A stretch of DNA of 48,528 bases from Chara braunii (Eukaryota > Plantae > Charophyceae): NCBI GenBank assembly GCA_003427395.1, contig BFEA01000021.1, positions 677,560-726,087 on the forward strand, in the 5' to 3' direction. Under the pieces are notes generated by a model. That model searched no databases and had not been told where the DNA came from. It saw only the letters and a list, made by a program, of their open reading frames with translations. Position numbers and translations under genes: made by a program. Positions 46,975-48,528 of the stretch are shown piece after piece (position 1 is the stretch's first letter; the number at the start of each line of letters is the position of its first letter).

Positions 46975-47356
46975 GAAGACACGTATTTAGCTAATTACTG
47001 ATCATAATTACATGGGGTTCGACCATGATCAGAGTCCTTGTGTTTGATTTGCTTAGCCCTATCATGACACACGAGTCGCCCGGCTATAGTACGGCAAAAC
47101 TCAATTTTTGCATGGCGGGGGGTTAATCCTTCCCATCAGGGGAAGCAATCAATGCCCCTTGCGCATTCTGCACTTTTCATGTTTAGGGAAGCTGTCTCCG
47201 CGGGAGCAGTGGCTGAGGCTCTTCCAAACCTAATGGGAAGAGGCGTGTGTTTGTGTTGTATTCAATCTCTTAATCTGAGCCTTGGGCACTGGGCCCTCAT
47301 TGCCCCTCAATTAAAAAAATAAAGGAAATGAGAGATTAGACCCTTATGATAATTAA

Positions 47357-47600
47357 GGGGGATCCTGTTCTAATTTTAGCACAGGGCCGACTCTTCATAT
47401 TCCAGAGTCGGGCCTGTCCCAGCCCTGTGCTATTTTTAGCACGAGACTGATTGTTCGTATTCCAGGATTGGGCCTGCTTTATTTTTAGCACAGGCCCGGT
47501 CTAATTTTAGCACAGGGCCGACTGTACGGATCTCACAAACAGGGTTTGTCCCTGTCCCGTTCTATAATTAGCGCAATCCCTCACTAATTTTAAAACAGGA
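47357..47600. repeat. Cluster of (A)ATTTTAGCAC(AGGGCC) motifs, possible MITE remnant
   Basis: The motif recurs at ~47372, 47432, 47481 and 47503. Weak GGGAT...ATCCC inverted ends. Confidence 0.35.
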
Positions 47601-48528
47601 CTGGTACCAGCCACGAACGTGGGACTACAGGACTTGGGGGCGATTGTTTAGCCTCTCCACTATAAAAGGAGAAGGTGGTGTCATTTGTGAGGGACGTGTT
47701 GGAATGTGGAAGCGCTGGTGGAGCGGTAAGGAGGAGCATGCACTAGAGCCACTATGCAGGGGCGAGCAAGCGGAGAAGCAAGTTGGACGAGAGTAAGGCA
47801 AGCATGCGGGAGGTAGGGAAGGGGAGAGCTGCCTATGGCAGGGGCAATGGGCAGGATTCCATCTAGGACCACTGTCATCTCTCTCACCTTTGACATGCAC
47901 TTCATGAAAACTGGACCGAAACGAAGTTCATTTTGCCAAATTATGCGATACGTTTTTTCGTAAACTAGCTTTGAGGACAAGATTTAGACCTTGGGTTTAT
48001 GTGACACAACAAGACGAGAAAACTGGTTTTCAAGAAAACACAATTAGCCCAGCGATCCGTGACTCACAACAACATATTAGAAAACATTTTTTTTTTCCAA
48101 AATGAAGACGCCCGAAGAAGCTACGTCAATACCATAATAGTTTTGCAGAAAATTTGAGGTTGTCCACACGTACAATCGAGAGGCCATATAAGAAATGAAA
48201 ATGGGTCGGACTCCAAAAAGGGCAGAAGAACAAAGAAACCAATTCCCAATTGCCATCATCAACTCTCTCCACAAAAAGAGACAAAGACAAATCCCCTGCA
48301 AATAACACTTGAGTTAGCGTGCCCACAATCAAACAACACAGTAATTAATCAGATCAACTGGCAAAGAAGATATCACAAGCCGAAAATGAGATTGAGTTGC
48401 TTATTTATAAGTTTATTGCAAGTACGACGTACAACAAGCATCCCATGGTGCAAGTCCCAACAATTATGCAGAAAGCCCGCAACCATACAAGAAACGAAAG
48501 GGGGAGCAGTGGAGGGGGGAGGGGGGAG

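Noticed and set aside
44357-48528. Host protein-coding exons among the short ORFs at the right end
   Set aside because: No recognisable domain or consistent exon chain. A gene cannot be supported without transcript or homology data.

Overview
Repeat-dense eukaryotic genomic window with four assembly gaps and no recognisable intact host gene. The element repertoire suggests a streptophyte alga such as Chara (inference). The window is a nest of mobile elements whose boundaries can be read from target-site duplications (TSDs). (1) Three diverged Penelope-like retroelements: A 5669-19560 (-), B 22933-31691 (-), C 38341-44094 (+). All have an ORF1 with coiled coil and SAP-like helix (CCHC knuckle visible in B and C), then an ORF2 with an N-terminal GIY-YIG endonuclease before the RT. 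B and C have ~0.5-0.6 kb direct terminal repeats. All three carry minimal hammerhead ribozyme motifs and 7-12 bp TSDs. (2) An 8.9 kb PIF/Harbinger DNA transposon (5686-14595; 20 bp TIRs, TTA TSD) sits in the 3' tip of element A. It carries a Myb/trihelix gene, a DDE transposase pseudogene and an unexplained third ~527-codon gene. (3) L1/Tx1-type LINE 3' fragments, three non-autonomous TIR elements (3, 4 and 8 bp TSDs), mini- and microsatellites. (4) A Nextera mate-pair junction adapter artefact at 14346-14382. Apart from the Myb ORF, the element genes are disrupted or truncated.
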